A DNA stretch of 38,252 bases from Candidatus Kapaibacterium sp. (GTDB lineage: Bacteria; Bacteroidota; Ignavibacteria; Kapaibacteriales; Kapaibacteriaceae): the NCBI GenBank assembly GCA_026390655.1, contig JAPLFN010000120.1:1-38252 (forward strand), written 5' to 3'. The first letter of the stretch is position 1. Each line of letters begins with the position of its first letter. The position numbers and the translations under genes are program-made. Positions 27,501 through 35,869 of this stretch are shown here, piece after piece. Below the pieces are notes generated by a model. That model was not told the origin of the DNA. It saw nothing but the letters and a program-made list of their open reading frames with translations, and searched no databases.

Positions 27501-29620
27501 GCATACTTATTGGGCGACAAGAAAAGTCGATACGGATATTCGATAGCAGTTTCATCGAGGTCGGGCCACTTAATAGGGGGCTTCGCGTTATAGTATGACA
27601 CGATCTCATTGATCGTGGATTCGCTGAGAGATGTAGCAAGATCCGCTTGCGTCTCAAATGATTCCTTGACCTTGGCGCTCCTGGAGGTAAGCCTACTCGA
27701 AGCGCCGGAATTGAACGAGTACTTCTTTGAGGCGAATCCCTTTGACTTTACGAGAAGCGTTGTGGCTTTTGCATCCTTCTTCTCAACATCTGCATACGAC
27801 CCAAATTTCAGGTACGTGCTCTTTGCCAATGCGCCCATTACGAATGGCATGTCAGGGGGCTTCGCACTCGGCGACACGGCGAGAGTGAACTTCGACCAGT
27901 CGAGAAGTCCTTCTATGCTGTACGAGCCCGTGTATCCACCCGGCAACTGAAACACAAGGCGAGAAGGATGCGCCATGGCTGCATCGATCGGAGGATCGAG
28001 AAGGGGCTCATCACTACTTGTCTTTTTTGATGCGTCGGCCGGCGGATACGATGAGTTGTCTTTTGGTTTGTTCTGCGTGTAAAAGAACGCACGCTCTGCA
28101 ATGTGTTGCGGTTGAAAATGAACGATAAGTTTTGACCCGGCTCCGCTCGCAGAGAATGTGCCGCCGGCCTTGTTCAGCGTGATGCCCTGAAACTCAAACG
28201 TGAGAACAAGCATGTCGTCGGGTCTGATGACCGTAACGCGTGGGTTGCTCGGCATTTTGAACTTGACCTTGCCGATATTGCCAAGCGACTTCTTCACCTT
28301 GCTCGTGATCGTTGCATCCTTCACCTGCGACTGCACGGACATCTGCTGTTTGAAGTCCACCTGCAGCGATGCGAGGTGAATCTGCGACTTCGGAAGCGCT
28401 GACGTTTTCACGGCACTCGTCAGCAAGGCGAGCTGATAGAGCGGATGCGTGGTTGTAGGCTCTGTAACTGCGCCGGAGACCGGGATCGAATATCGCTTGA
28501 GACCGGGAGCTACGATGAAACGGGTAATCTCATTGCCTCGACGCTCGATCTCCAAAGGTGGGATACCTTCACTGTCTCCAAGTTCAACAGAAACGCCTTC
28601 GATGTGTGACCACTGTGCATTGCGAGCATAACGGGCTACGAGGCCTTCGTGGCGCCCCTTCTCCGTGTCTGTCCACGCATATCGCAGATCACGCAATGGT
28701 AGATTGATACCTGCTTCCGCCACGTTCATGGACGTTGCGCCTTCGCGGCCCGACTCCAACATTCCCGTTGACCGGCCCTCGCTGGTGATCTCTACAGAGC
28801 ATGCATCGAACGACTCGTCATTGCTCACGAGTTGCCAATCAGCAAGTCCAGTTGCATCTACGCGGACATCCCATTTCTCACTGCCGCGATCAAGTCGAAC
28901 AAAAGATCGGCTCCCATTCGCGCCCATCGTGAGAGAGGGCGCACTTTTGGCAAGAGTCATGAGTGCGAACTTCTTCCCAAACAATGTCCGCCCGTCAGTA
29001 GTGAGCATCGTGGCTGCCGCAAACGATATTGTCCACGACGGACGAAACGTTGCAGACCCTGCGCCAATTGCTACAGCATTGCCATCTCCAAGACGAGATT
29101 GCAGCGCGGACGTGCGATAGAAGTTTGCTGTTGTGTTGTCCAATAGCCACGATACAAAGTCAACACTCTCTGTATTTCCGAATGACGCAAATCGGAAGGT
29201 TGCCTGCGCGCTTATGCCGCGCGTAATATGTGCCTCAACATCGGCGCGGATCTGTGTACCCGGAAACAACGCGTTGCGCAGATGGACAACGATTCCAGCG
29301 TCCGTTTCTGCCACATCAACAAATGGTAATCCGTCAAAGAGGTCAGGATCCACGGACCAACGTTCTATGCCGGCAACAAGAAAAACAACGCGCTTGCCTT
29401 TACGAAGCATCTGATACGACGTGCTGACGGCTGCGTGAACTGCGTTTACCAACGGGCCGGCCGCAAGAGTAAGAGCGCCAGCGAGTTTGATCGCATGCCG
29501 GCGGGTAAGGCTGAAAGCCTCTGGTTGATGAACGAGGGAGGCCGTAGTGCGGGTCTCGATCGGAATCCGCGGAACCTGCGCACGCTTAAGTGACGCAAGC
29601 GACAACCGTTGTCGGTTCAT
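24545..29620 (-). CDS. 1691-aa uncharacterised beta-rich protein with twin-arginine signal, helical repeat insert and beta-meander C-terminus
   Basis: GAGGTG before ATG 29620; LTRRHAIKLAGALTLAAG...VHAA; blocks ELWHTRL, MLTSLGAW, GRDSFVRV..KGYLFPFG, GGGFFGI, AFEFG. Confidence 0.88.
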   Translation of the reverse strand: MNRQRLSLASLKRAQVPRIPIETRTTASLVHQPEAFSLTRRHAIKLAGALTLAAGPLVNAVHAAVSTSYQMLRKGKRVVFLVAGIERWSVDPDLFDGLPFVDVAETDAGIVVHLRNALFPGTQIRADVEAHITRGISAQATFRFASFGNTESVDFVSWLLDNTTANFYRTSALQSRLGDGNAVAIGAGSATFRPSWTISFAAATMLTTDGRTLFGKKFALMTLAKSAPSLTMGANGSRSFVRLDRGSEKWDVRVDATGLADWQLVSNDESFDACSVEITSEGRSTGMLESGREGATSMNVAEAGINLPLRDLRYAWTDTEKGRHEGLVARYARNAQWSHIEGVSVELGDSEGIPPLEIERRGNEITRFIVAPGLKRYSIPVSGAVTEPTTTHPLYQLALLTSAVKTSALPKSQIHLASLQVDFKQQMSVQSQVKDATITSKVKKSLGNIGKVKFKMPSNPRVTVIRPDDMLVLTFEFQGITLNKAGGTFSASGAGSKLIVHFQPQHIAERAFFYTQNKPKDNSSYPPADASKKTSSDEPLLDPPIDAAMAHPSRLVFQLPGGYTGSYSIEGLLDWSKFTLAVSPSAKPPDMPFVMGALAKSTYLKFGSYADVEKKDAKATTLLVKSKGFASKKYSFNSGASSRLTSRSAKVKESFETQADLATSLSESTINEIVSYYNAKPPIKWPDLDETAIEYPYRLFLSPNKYAGFAHRKDSGLSKDQRRAELWHTRLGVRHTDGTVNEYSEYFRTVRAIWSPDYGTARTMQPLYKERPFRTSLNRRDRSEIVDLTSNYNMIKTEPEPVKVKRLMLTSLGAWMDGTGSWDPAASDDLEVESWVQRGAQGRDSFVRVAYKGYLFPFGNRATLVKETERKFVRTPRGDMAAYLMQRMFIMLREPTREFPADGLTGMDHQGRELPFRRITITTKVTPNLELPKPLIASQPTLFSGNSFWPMFTIGGGSPQDVLWNCVGTDWDNNTIQFSIPLTFITSPDAAGPTSPAALQTFTGVKGGANKPDSYINLMSRRTINLSGQKVAFAPSIKRGDTALPTQEFFLMGYSNDSIPVETPRFFPRMEKSTVRIEKVQELLGTSGSNTVEFYEKYLAHAFEAGAAVAKGAPVNVADIKNPSQMFLALKDSLQMDFGAQSDKAGGLAAPSIGVDALSRLMGPIQGKVNDLANSAAAVGNFDPMQYFEGLLKSKILGDITLKDILSFVQGILNNLDKMPGLDKKDDFGIKDDINDIKAKADDLKAEANKLAGDVAAEVNAAKDALKAEVDAVKAEIQSYVTAGKKAAEDRVKEWKKRIEDKANELKSEIEKALEPLIEAGNEAANKYKEVAGNLESLKKGLQLVYEWQTEIKGSPGNILMPRDPSATNKDDKAFLYLKAEFIKKLNLDPPEVKLYGSLSNFIINLIGDGAAQFLIITFNKISFSAKIGEKPSINPDIKSVEFAGPLSFVNKLKDLIPKGGGGGGVGFSFDFSVLPTGITASMTIGLPNVTVGVFSLQNMAFLMSITIPFDGRPFSAYFAFCTKDNPFRLTIMMFAGGGFFGIEITPSGVRMLEAAFEFGGNFAFDCGIASGGASVMAGIYYKLEQKEIEGKLVSQSELTGYFRLTGNLSVLGLIHINLLFELKLTWQSNGKVFGVATIEVEIEILFFSFSVGVTVERQLKGSDGDPTFKDALPEPSLWELYCSSFDYEEA

Positions 29621-29675
29621 AGTCCCACCTCTCCCTTGGTACATGACGCCGAAAGTCAGACCGCAAAACAACGCT

Positions 29676-29704
29676 ATCGACGGGACAAATAAAAGGTTTG
29701 TTCC
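29676..29704 (-). promoter_or_regulatory. ECF-sigma-type promoter GGAACA-N17-GTCGAT for the left operon
   Basis: Minus strand reads ttGGAACAaaccttttatttgtcccGTCGAT. Confidence 0.55.
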
Positions 29705-29729
29705 AAGTATAGTTTCAACGCGTATGTTT

Positions 29730-29758
29730 GGAACCTCACCAGCGTCTGTGGTGTCACA
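29730..29758 (+). promoter_or_regulatory. ECF-sigma-type promoter GGAACC-N17-GTCACA for the right operon
   Basis: Plus strand reads ttGGAACCtcaccagcgtctgtggtGTCACA. Confidence 0.55.
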
Positions 29759-29791
29759 TCGCCTGGTTTCATTTTCGGGGAGGGTAGCCCG

Positions 29792-32605
29792 ATGGTTCGT
29801 CTTTATGTTTCGCTCGCAGTAGTGCTTCTGGTAAGCGCACTAGGCATTCGAGGACAGTCGCCTGAGATGGTCAGTGTGCGCCTCAGTCAGCCCCCTCCCA
29901 ACCAGCTCCGCGTTGCGGATTTATGGAAGGTGCAGCTCACAAACACTTCCGGACGTCCAGTTCGTGTGTATTTACATGGCACAGCAGAGGAGACATCCAT
30001 CCCAGACGGCATTATTGCGGACGCCACAACAAAGATCTTCGAGATTCCAGTAGGCACCATTGTGGTCACGGGTTCTCAGGTGCAGCCGATCAAGGTGGAC
30101 CAATACAATCAGAAGTACCGGGATGCACTGCTCCGCACTGGCACCGTGCCAACAGGCGATTATCAGATCTGCTGTGAAGTGATCAGTGCAGAGTCGGATC
30201 AGATCCTGGGAAAGGACTGCAAGTTCACAACGGTCAATCGTCTCTCTCAGCCAATTCTCATTGCTCCGCCCGACGAGTCGGAAGTGCCCGGTGGATACCC
30301 TGTGTTCACGTGGATGTCATCTGTACCTCCGGGTCCGGGGCAACGCATTCTCTATCAACTCCGCATTCATGAGATCTTTGCTACCCAAACGCCACAAGAT
30401 GCTACTCAACGCAACCCGGCGTTTCTCGATATCAGAGACCTCAACAGAACGATCTACCAGTATCCGGTTTCTGCCCGTCGTTTCACCGTGGGTCAGAAGT
30501 ACGCGTGGGTGATCTCCGCGTATGAACAGAGTGGTTCGTCTATCATCAACCTCGGAGTCAGCGAAGTGTGGACGTTTGTCTACAGGCCCCTCGTGAACGA
30601 CACGTTGCCTGCTGACCGGCGAATTCGGGCGGCCGTAGTTCCCGAGCTAACAGAGATCTGTCCGGGAGAGAACTGGGATTTTGAGATAGGATCGTTGGCC
30701 TGCTGGACGGTTGAAGGCGATGCGTTTCAAGATGACCCTGTGAACGGCGAACATCCTGTGCTCGGCAATCTCGGTCAAAACGGTCGCTTCTGGGTAACCT
30801 CCTACGGAGCCTTTGACGCCGATGGAGCTATGGGCAGAATGCAGTCTCAGGAATTTCGCATTCAGACCAGTATGGTCGGCTTTCTTGCAGGGGGCTCAGC
30901 AAGCCCTGAGGCAGCCGTTGAGCTCTACGTGGAGAAACTGGCCAAGGACACGTTCAAACTGCCAGTGCGTAAGCTGCCGGGGCTCCCAGGTGAGTTTTAT
31001 CTAGCATACACAACCGGCGTTCCCAAGGCAAAAGCCGGCTCGAGTGAGCGGCTCGTACCTACGGCATGGAATGTGGTTCGATACATCAATCGGGCGGCAT
31101 ACATCGTTGTGAAAGACAGCGCGAAACTTGCACACATCAATGCCGACAATTTCCGATTCTTTGACCGAGAGAAACTCGACACAATCAAGTTGCCGGTTCT
31201 GATGATGGCTGCTGGTGAGCGGCATTCAATGGCGATGACGCCCGAGGAAAAAAGCCCCCTTCAACTCGTTAAAGATCTTGGCATAAGCGCAGCAGATTTC
31301 AAAGCCGGGAAGTCGGGCTTGGCAAATGAAGCCACGATCAATCAGGTGTCGATGGGACTAAAGGCAAAGAAAAATCTCGTAAGTCAGTTCGCCGGCGGTG
31401 GTAATGGCGATGCACCTCCACCAGCATTTAACGTGGTGGAGGCCAAGTTTGATCAAAAGGCATCACCATTCGCAAAGTACTTCCCACTTGCCGCCGTGGA
31501 TTCTAAAACCACGTTGTGGGGATGGGGCGACAATCTACGTGGCGAGCTCACAAAGGCCTACCCTAGTGTTGTTCCGGAACCAAAACCTCTTTTAAAAACG
31601 ATGAATGCCCTTGGCCTTGCCGCAGGGATGGATAACTCCTTTATCGTTGAGCGTGGAGGAACGGTGAAGGGATGGGGCTTTAACGACTACTGGCAATTGG
31701 GCGTGAACGATCGTGTGATCAAGAACGTGCCTACGGTGCTACCCGGACTGAGTGGCGTTATTGATGTGGCAGCCGGGTCTCGCCATGCAATGGCGTTAAC
31801 GAGTGCCGGCGATGTTTATGTATGGGGCTACAATCGAACGTTTGAGTGTGGTTTTTTTGGTGGCAAGCTCAACGCCACAACGGGTCAGCTCGAGAGCATT
31901 GACAATCCAACGGTTGCTCGTAAACATCCGATGTTGTCGAACATCCGTGCAATTGCTTGTGGCCATTCGCACTCCCTCGCACTTACCATGAGTGGTGTCA
32001 TCGCAGGATGGGGTGTTAACGGAAGTGGTCAAACGGGCTTTGATGACGATTACCCGTTCGTTCCCATCCCACTACCCATCACGATCGATTTGGGTACCAT
32101 CGCGGGTTTTAAACGTGGTAAGACAGTGATAGACATTGCTGCCGGGGATGCTCATTCGATGGCATTAACAAATACGGGTGAAGTGTTTGTGTGGGGCAGC
32201 AACTCGAGTGGCCAGCTTGGAGACGGGACCACTATTGATCGCCATACACCTAAGAAGGTGGATGGACTGGTGAACATCCGCGCCATTGCAGCTGGTGGAG
32301 CGTTCTCACTCGCGCTAGATTCGGCGGGCGTTGTGTGGGCGTGGGGGAATAACATCCTCGGTCAGCTTGGCGATGGAACGAGATATGGTCGACTCAAACC
32401 GGTGAAGGTGTCGCGCATCGATGCCGTGCAAGGTATCGTAGCAGGTGGCGCCCACGCGATGGCCGTGCGTTCTGATGGAAGTCTTTGGACATGGGGACAG
32501 AATGGACTTGGCCAGATGGGAGAGGGGCCTATCATGAATCTCGTTCCGGTTCCTACAGATCCTCCTGTTGGGCCTCTGCGTGTTGAACGGCTAGCAATGC
32601 CATGA
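29792..32605 (+). CDS. Exported multidomain protein: TANFOR-like and Fn3-like N-terminus, CBM-like beta-sandwich, 7-bladed RCC1/BLIP-II propeller
   Basis: GGGAGG RBS; signal peptide; GTVPTGDYQICCEV, PVFTW, GQKYAW; DFEIG..WTVEGDAF; seven AAG..HS.AL...G.V..WG.N repeats. Confidence 0.85.
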   Translation: MVRLYVSLAVVLLVSALGIRGQSPEMVSVRLSQPPPNQLRVADLWKVQLTNTSGRPVRVYLHGTAEETSIPDGIIADATTKIFEIPVGTIVVTGSQVQPIKVDQYNQKYRDALLRTGTVPTGDYQICCEVISAESDQILGKDCKFTTVNRLSQPILIAPPDESEVPGGYPVFTWMSSVPPGPGQRILYQLRIHEIFATQTPQDATQRNPAFLDIRDLNRTIYQYPVSARRFTVGQKYAWVISAYEQSGSSIINLGVSEVWTFVYRPLVNDTLPADRRIRAAVVPELTEICPGENWDFEIGSLACWTVEGDAFQDDPVNGEHPVLGNLGQNGRFWVTSYGAFDADGAMGRMQSQEFRIQTSMVGFLAGGSASPEAAVELYVEKLAKDTFKLPVRKLPGLPGEFYLAYTTGVPKAKAGSSERLVPTAWNVVRYINRAAYIVVKDSAKLAHINADNFRFFDREKLDTIKLPVLMMAAGERHSMAMTPEEKSPLQLVKDLGISAADFKAGKSGLANEATINQVSMGLKAKKNLVSQFAGGGNGDAPPPAFNVVEAKFDQKASPFAKYFPLAAVDSKTTLWGWGDNLRGELTKAYPSVVPEPKPLLKTMNALGLAAGMDNSFIVERGGTVKGWGFNDYWQLGVNDRVIKNVPTVLPGLSGVIDVAAGSRHAMALTSAGDVYVWGYNRTFECGFFGGKLNATTGQLESIDNPTVARKHPMLSNIRAIACGHSHSLALTMSGVIAGWGVNGSGQTGFDDDYPFVPIPLPITIDLGTIAGFKRGKTVIDIAAGDAHSMALTNTGEVFVWGSNSSGQLGDGTTIDRHTPKKVDGLVNIRAIAAGGAFSLALDSAGVVWAWGNNILGQLGDGTRYGRLKPVKVSRIDAVQGIVAGGAHAMAVRSDGSLWTWGQNGLGQMGEGPIMNLVPVPTDPPVGPLRVERLAMP

Positions 32606-34560
32606 TGCGAGCGATCTGCTTGATCCTCTTTCTTGTGTCGGTGAACGTGGCGGCCCAAACCAGCTCATCACAGCCTGACAAACCATGGGTCGTCTTCGGT
32701 GCTGATCAAGGTGACGCACCGGTGATTTTCACTGGTGGATATCGTTTGCTGGGTCAGCTTTCGAATCGCTCAGGTTCGTTTCAAGCTAAACCCCCTGACT
32801 TTTGGCGTGTAGAGCTTACACCGTCGATGATCATTTATGGGATCCCGCTTACGGCCAATCTGCTTCTGTCTTCAGAGCAACAGAGTATTCAGCAAACCAT
32901 TGACGCGTTTTCGATCTCGTTAGATCCCGACGCCGTGAAGAGAATCATTGCACAAAGAGCGTATCGCGAAGTAGAGAACTTTGCGATGTCGGAAGCAGGG
33001 TGGATGTTAAGTGAATACGATAACATCAAGGATTCCCTAGCGCAGTACGATCCGCAACAACTTGAGCAGCTCGACGCTATCCGGCAAGTAGAGCAAATGC
33101 GTGACGTGGCTAATGGCAACATCACCAACTACGAAGATGTTCTCACAAAGCTTGGCGTGATGAGTGATGTGGAGAGTGTGATGGCCGCATTACCTAAGGT
33201 TGGAGTAGGAACAGTGTTCCCGTCGTTCACGCCCCTTAGTCTTAGCGGAGCGCGTATCGTAGGGGGGAATCTAGAGTGGAATCCCGGCGGGACGTTCTAC
33301 ATTCACGGTGTATTCGGTACAACGCAGCGCCCACTCGCACGTGTGGATTCAACACGAATTGACACGACGATCTATCGCACTACGGACAATTCGGACTTTG
33401 GCCGCAGACTCTATGGTGGACGCATCGGCTATGGCACGCTCGGCGGCGATCACGTAATGCTCACTGGGGTATACACGGTGGATGACAAGACAAGTCTGAC
33501 GGTTACGGACACAACATCGGCCCTGACGCCACAAAAGAATATGCTCTCGACTGTAGACTTCCGTGTTGAACTTATTCCAAGTACGTGGACAATGGAAGGA
33601 GAAGTTGGGGGCTCGCTCACCATCGGTGATCTCAATGCGCCGCAGTTCGGTGCAAACACTATACCCGATTTTCTCCTCGTACTTGTTGATTCAAATGCTT
33701 CGTCGTACGTAGACTGGGCTGCGAAACTTTCCACAGCCGTTAACGTGCGAAGTACCGGCACCCGATTCACAGGCTCCGTTCGCCGAATTGGTGCGGGTTA
33801 CCGAGCTCTTGGCGTACCGAACCTTCGTGTTGACGTGCTGCGGTTTGATGTAAAGCTGGATCAGTCCTTGATGAAGAGACAGATGACAATCGGATTGTTC
33901 GCACGTCAGGATCGCGACAACCTTATTCCCATTAAACGATCAACGTCAACACTGTTGTCCATCGGTGCAACGCTGGGGCTCAACTTCAGGGGGCTTCCAT
34001 ATTTCCGCATCTCGTATTCGCCATATGTGCAGGAGAGCAACGCATCAGATCCGTTGTTGCAATACGTGAACCGTACAACAATGTGGAACGTTGCAGGGGG
34101 CTATGCATATCGCTTGAGTGATCTGAGTGCAAGTACCAATGTGACGGTGGCCCGTCAGGACGCAACCACAAAGGACAATCTGTATGACTACGCAGTAACA
34201 TCTGCAAACGTTAGTCAAACGGTGGGCCTCGTCATTCCGTTGTCGCTTACTGCCGGGCTGGGATGGATTCACCAGGAGGCTGTTCAAAGTGCTAGCACGA
34301 CGATCATCACCATCGATGCATCTGCATCGTACCTATTGTCTGATGTACTCAGCGCAAACGGTGGCCTGAGCGTCGCGCTTGATGATACGTATGGAAACCG
34401 CAATGGGTTTTTCATCGGCTTGAACGCACATCTCGGGAAACTTGCAGACATTGACCTGCGTGCAGAACGGACCCTCTTCAATGAAAGACTTACTCCAGCG
34501 GTGCTTGGTGGTACGTATCAAGAAACAGTGGGGCGGTTAACAATCAGCAGAAGTTGGTGA
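32602..34560 (+). CDS. Uncharacterised outer-membrane beta-barrel protein
   Basis: ATGA overlap with the upstream gene; signal peptide; many amphipathic strands; C-terminal aromatic residue (LTISRSW). Confidence 0.75.
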   Translation: MMRAICLILFLVSVNVAAQTSSSQPDKPWVVFGADQGDAPVIFTGGYRLLGQLSNRSGSFQAKPPDFWRVELTPSMIIYGIPLTANLLLSSEQQSIQQTIDAFSISLDPDAVKRIIAQRAYREVENFAMSEAGWMLSEYDNIKDSLAQYDPQQLEQLDAIRQVEQMRDVANGNITNYEDVLTKLGVMSDVESVMAALPKVGVGTVFPSFTPLSLSGARIVGGNLEWNPGGTFYIHGVFGTTQRPLARVDSTRIDTTIYRTTDNSDFGRRLYGGRIGYGTLGGDHVMLTGVYTVDDKTSLTVTDTTSALTPQKNMLSTVDFRVELIPSTWTMEGEVGGSLTIGDLNAPQFGANTIPDFLLVLVDSNASSYVDWAAKLSTAVNVRSTGTRFTGSVRRIGAGYRALGVPNLRVDVLRFDVKLDQSLMKRQMTIGLFARQDRDNLIPIKRSTSTLLSIGATLGLNFRGLPYFRISYSPYVQESNASDPLLQYVNRTTMWNVAGGYAYRLSDLSASTNVTVARQDATTKDNLYDYAVTSANVSQTVGLVIPLSLTAGLGWIHQEAVQSASTTIITIDASASYLLSDVLSANGGLSVALDDTYGNRNGFFIGLNAHLGKLADIDLRAERTLFNERLTPAVLGGTYQETVGRLTISRSW

Positions 34561-34561
34561 T

Positions 34562-34579
34562 TAGCACACTAGCACACTA
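34562..34579. repeat. Octamer TAGCACAC x2 between convergent stop codons
   Basis: tagcacac tagcacac ta fills the 16-nt gap. Confidence 0.5.
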
Positions 34580-35869
34580 ACGCAGTTCCCAGTAGAGTTC
34601 GCGGCGAAGCTTCAGCATCCACTCTTGTTCGAGGCGTTGCTTTTTCTCGAACGACGCCATTTGCTCTATCTGTTTGTAGTCTGCCTCCACGGTTGGCGCG
34701 TGGGACGGTATGATGCGTTTACGATAGAGGAGGTGGAAGCCGGGCTTTGTTGGATCTGCGGCATAGGGCATCGGCTCCGAAACACCATGGTCCTGGAGGG
34801 CATTGATCGTGTTGCGCATTTCTTCCGGTAGTTGCGCTAACTCGATCTGACCCATTGCGCCGCCAAAGCCTTGTGTTTCTTTCTCTTCACTCAGTTGTCG
34901 TGCAAGTGTTTCAAAGTCTTCACCTTTCTCTACACGAGCCTTGATCTCAAGGAGTCGGGTCTTGATTATTGCTCGGTCTTCTTCACTCTGACCCGCTCGA
35001 ATGAGAATGTGCCTCGTGTTCATAGTTGTCGTGGTACGGCTGATCAGCTGGATGATGTGCCAGCCAAACGGAGTCTCCACAGGTTGCGAGATCTCATCGG
35101 GCGTAAGAGAGAACGCCGTTGCTTCAAATGCGGGTACAAACTTTCCTTTTTCAACGTTGCCAAGATCGCCACCATTGGCTGCAGAGATCGGATCTCCGGA
35201 GTACCGACGGGCAAAGTCGCTGAAGGAGCCCCCCTTTACAATTGAGTCACGAATGCGCATAGCAAGATTGTACGCCTCTTTGTTCTTTTCGCTAGAGGCC
35301 TGTACATATTTCACGATATGGAAGAGGTCTACACGCTCTGGAACCTTTGGTAGGGAGTCTCTATACTTCGAATAGAACTCCTCTACATCGGCTCGTGAAG
35401 CCTTGATCTGACCGAATTGTTTCTGCTGGATCTTTTCAACAAGTAGTCGCTTGCGAATCTCATCACGAAACTCTCTACGGATCTTAGCCATGCTCATGCC
35501 ATACATGTCTTCGATGCGTTTCTCGGACCCGAATTGCTGTATGAGCGTTTGGATCTGATACTCCATGCGTTGAGTGATCTCATCATCGGACACATCTACG
35601 CTATCTTCAATGGCCTTGGTTACCATGAGCCGCTCGTTAATGAGCTGATCCAAAATGGCCTGACGTAGTCTGGCGTCCTTGCGGTTCACTCGTGGGTCTC
35701 GCTGGGCGAGGATCTCCATCTGTCCATCCACGTCCGACTTCAGAACGATCTCTCGCCCGACCACAGCAACAATGCCCTCCATTGAGTCTTGTGCAAGAAG
35801 CAATGGGGCTGCCCAGATAGAAAAAAACAGGGCAACGAGGAACAGATGTATATGCGAAGTGCGGATCAT
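34577..35869 (-). CDS. surA: SurA-family chaperone / parvulin peptidylprolyl isomerase
   Basis: SurA N-domain (IVAVVGREIVLKSD); two parvulin domains (FSDFARRYS, GGDLG, VETPFGWHII, RHILI). Confidence 0.85.
   Translation of the reverse strand: MIRTSHIHLFLVALFFSIWAAPLLLAQDSMEGIVAVVGREIVLKSDVDGQMEILAQRDPRVNRKDARLRQAILDQLINERLMVTKAIEDSVDVSDDEITQRMEYQIQTLIQQFGSEKRIEDMYGMSMAKIRREFRDEIRKRLLVEKIQQKQFGQIKASRADVEEFYSKYRDSLPKVPERVDLFHIVKYVQASSEKNKEAYNLAMRIRDSIVKGGSFSDFARRYSGDPISAANGGDLGNVEKGKFVPAFEATAFSLTPDEISQPVETPFGWHIIQLISRTTTTMNTRHILIRAGQSEEDRAIIKTRLLEIKARVEKGEDFETLARQLSEEKETQGFGGAMGQIELAQLPEEMRNTINALQDHGVSEPMPYAADPTKPGFHLLYRKRIIPSHAPTVEADYKQIEQMASFEKKQRLEQEWMLKLRRELYWELR

Noticed and set aside
29621-29671. 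Upstream TTG start for the giant protein (1708 aa)
   Set aside because: ATG 29620 has a strong SD, and the extension lies in the promoter/leader region
20372-34560. Contractile injection system, prophage or T6SS
   Set aside because: No sheath, tube, baseplate, VgrG/PAAR, ATPase or integrase motifs recognised
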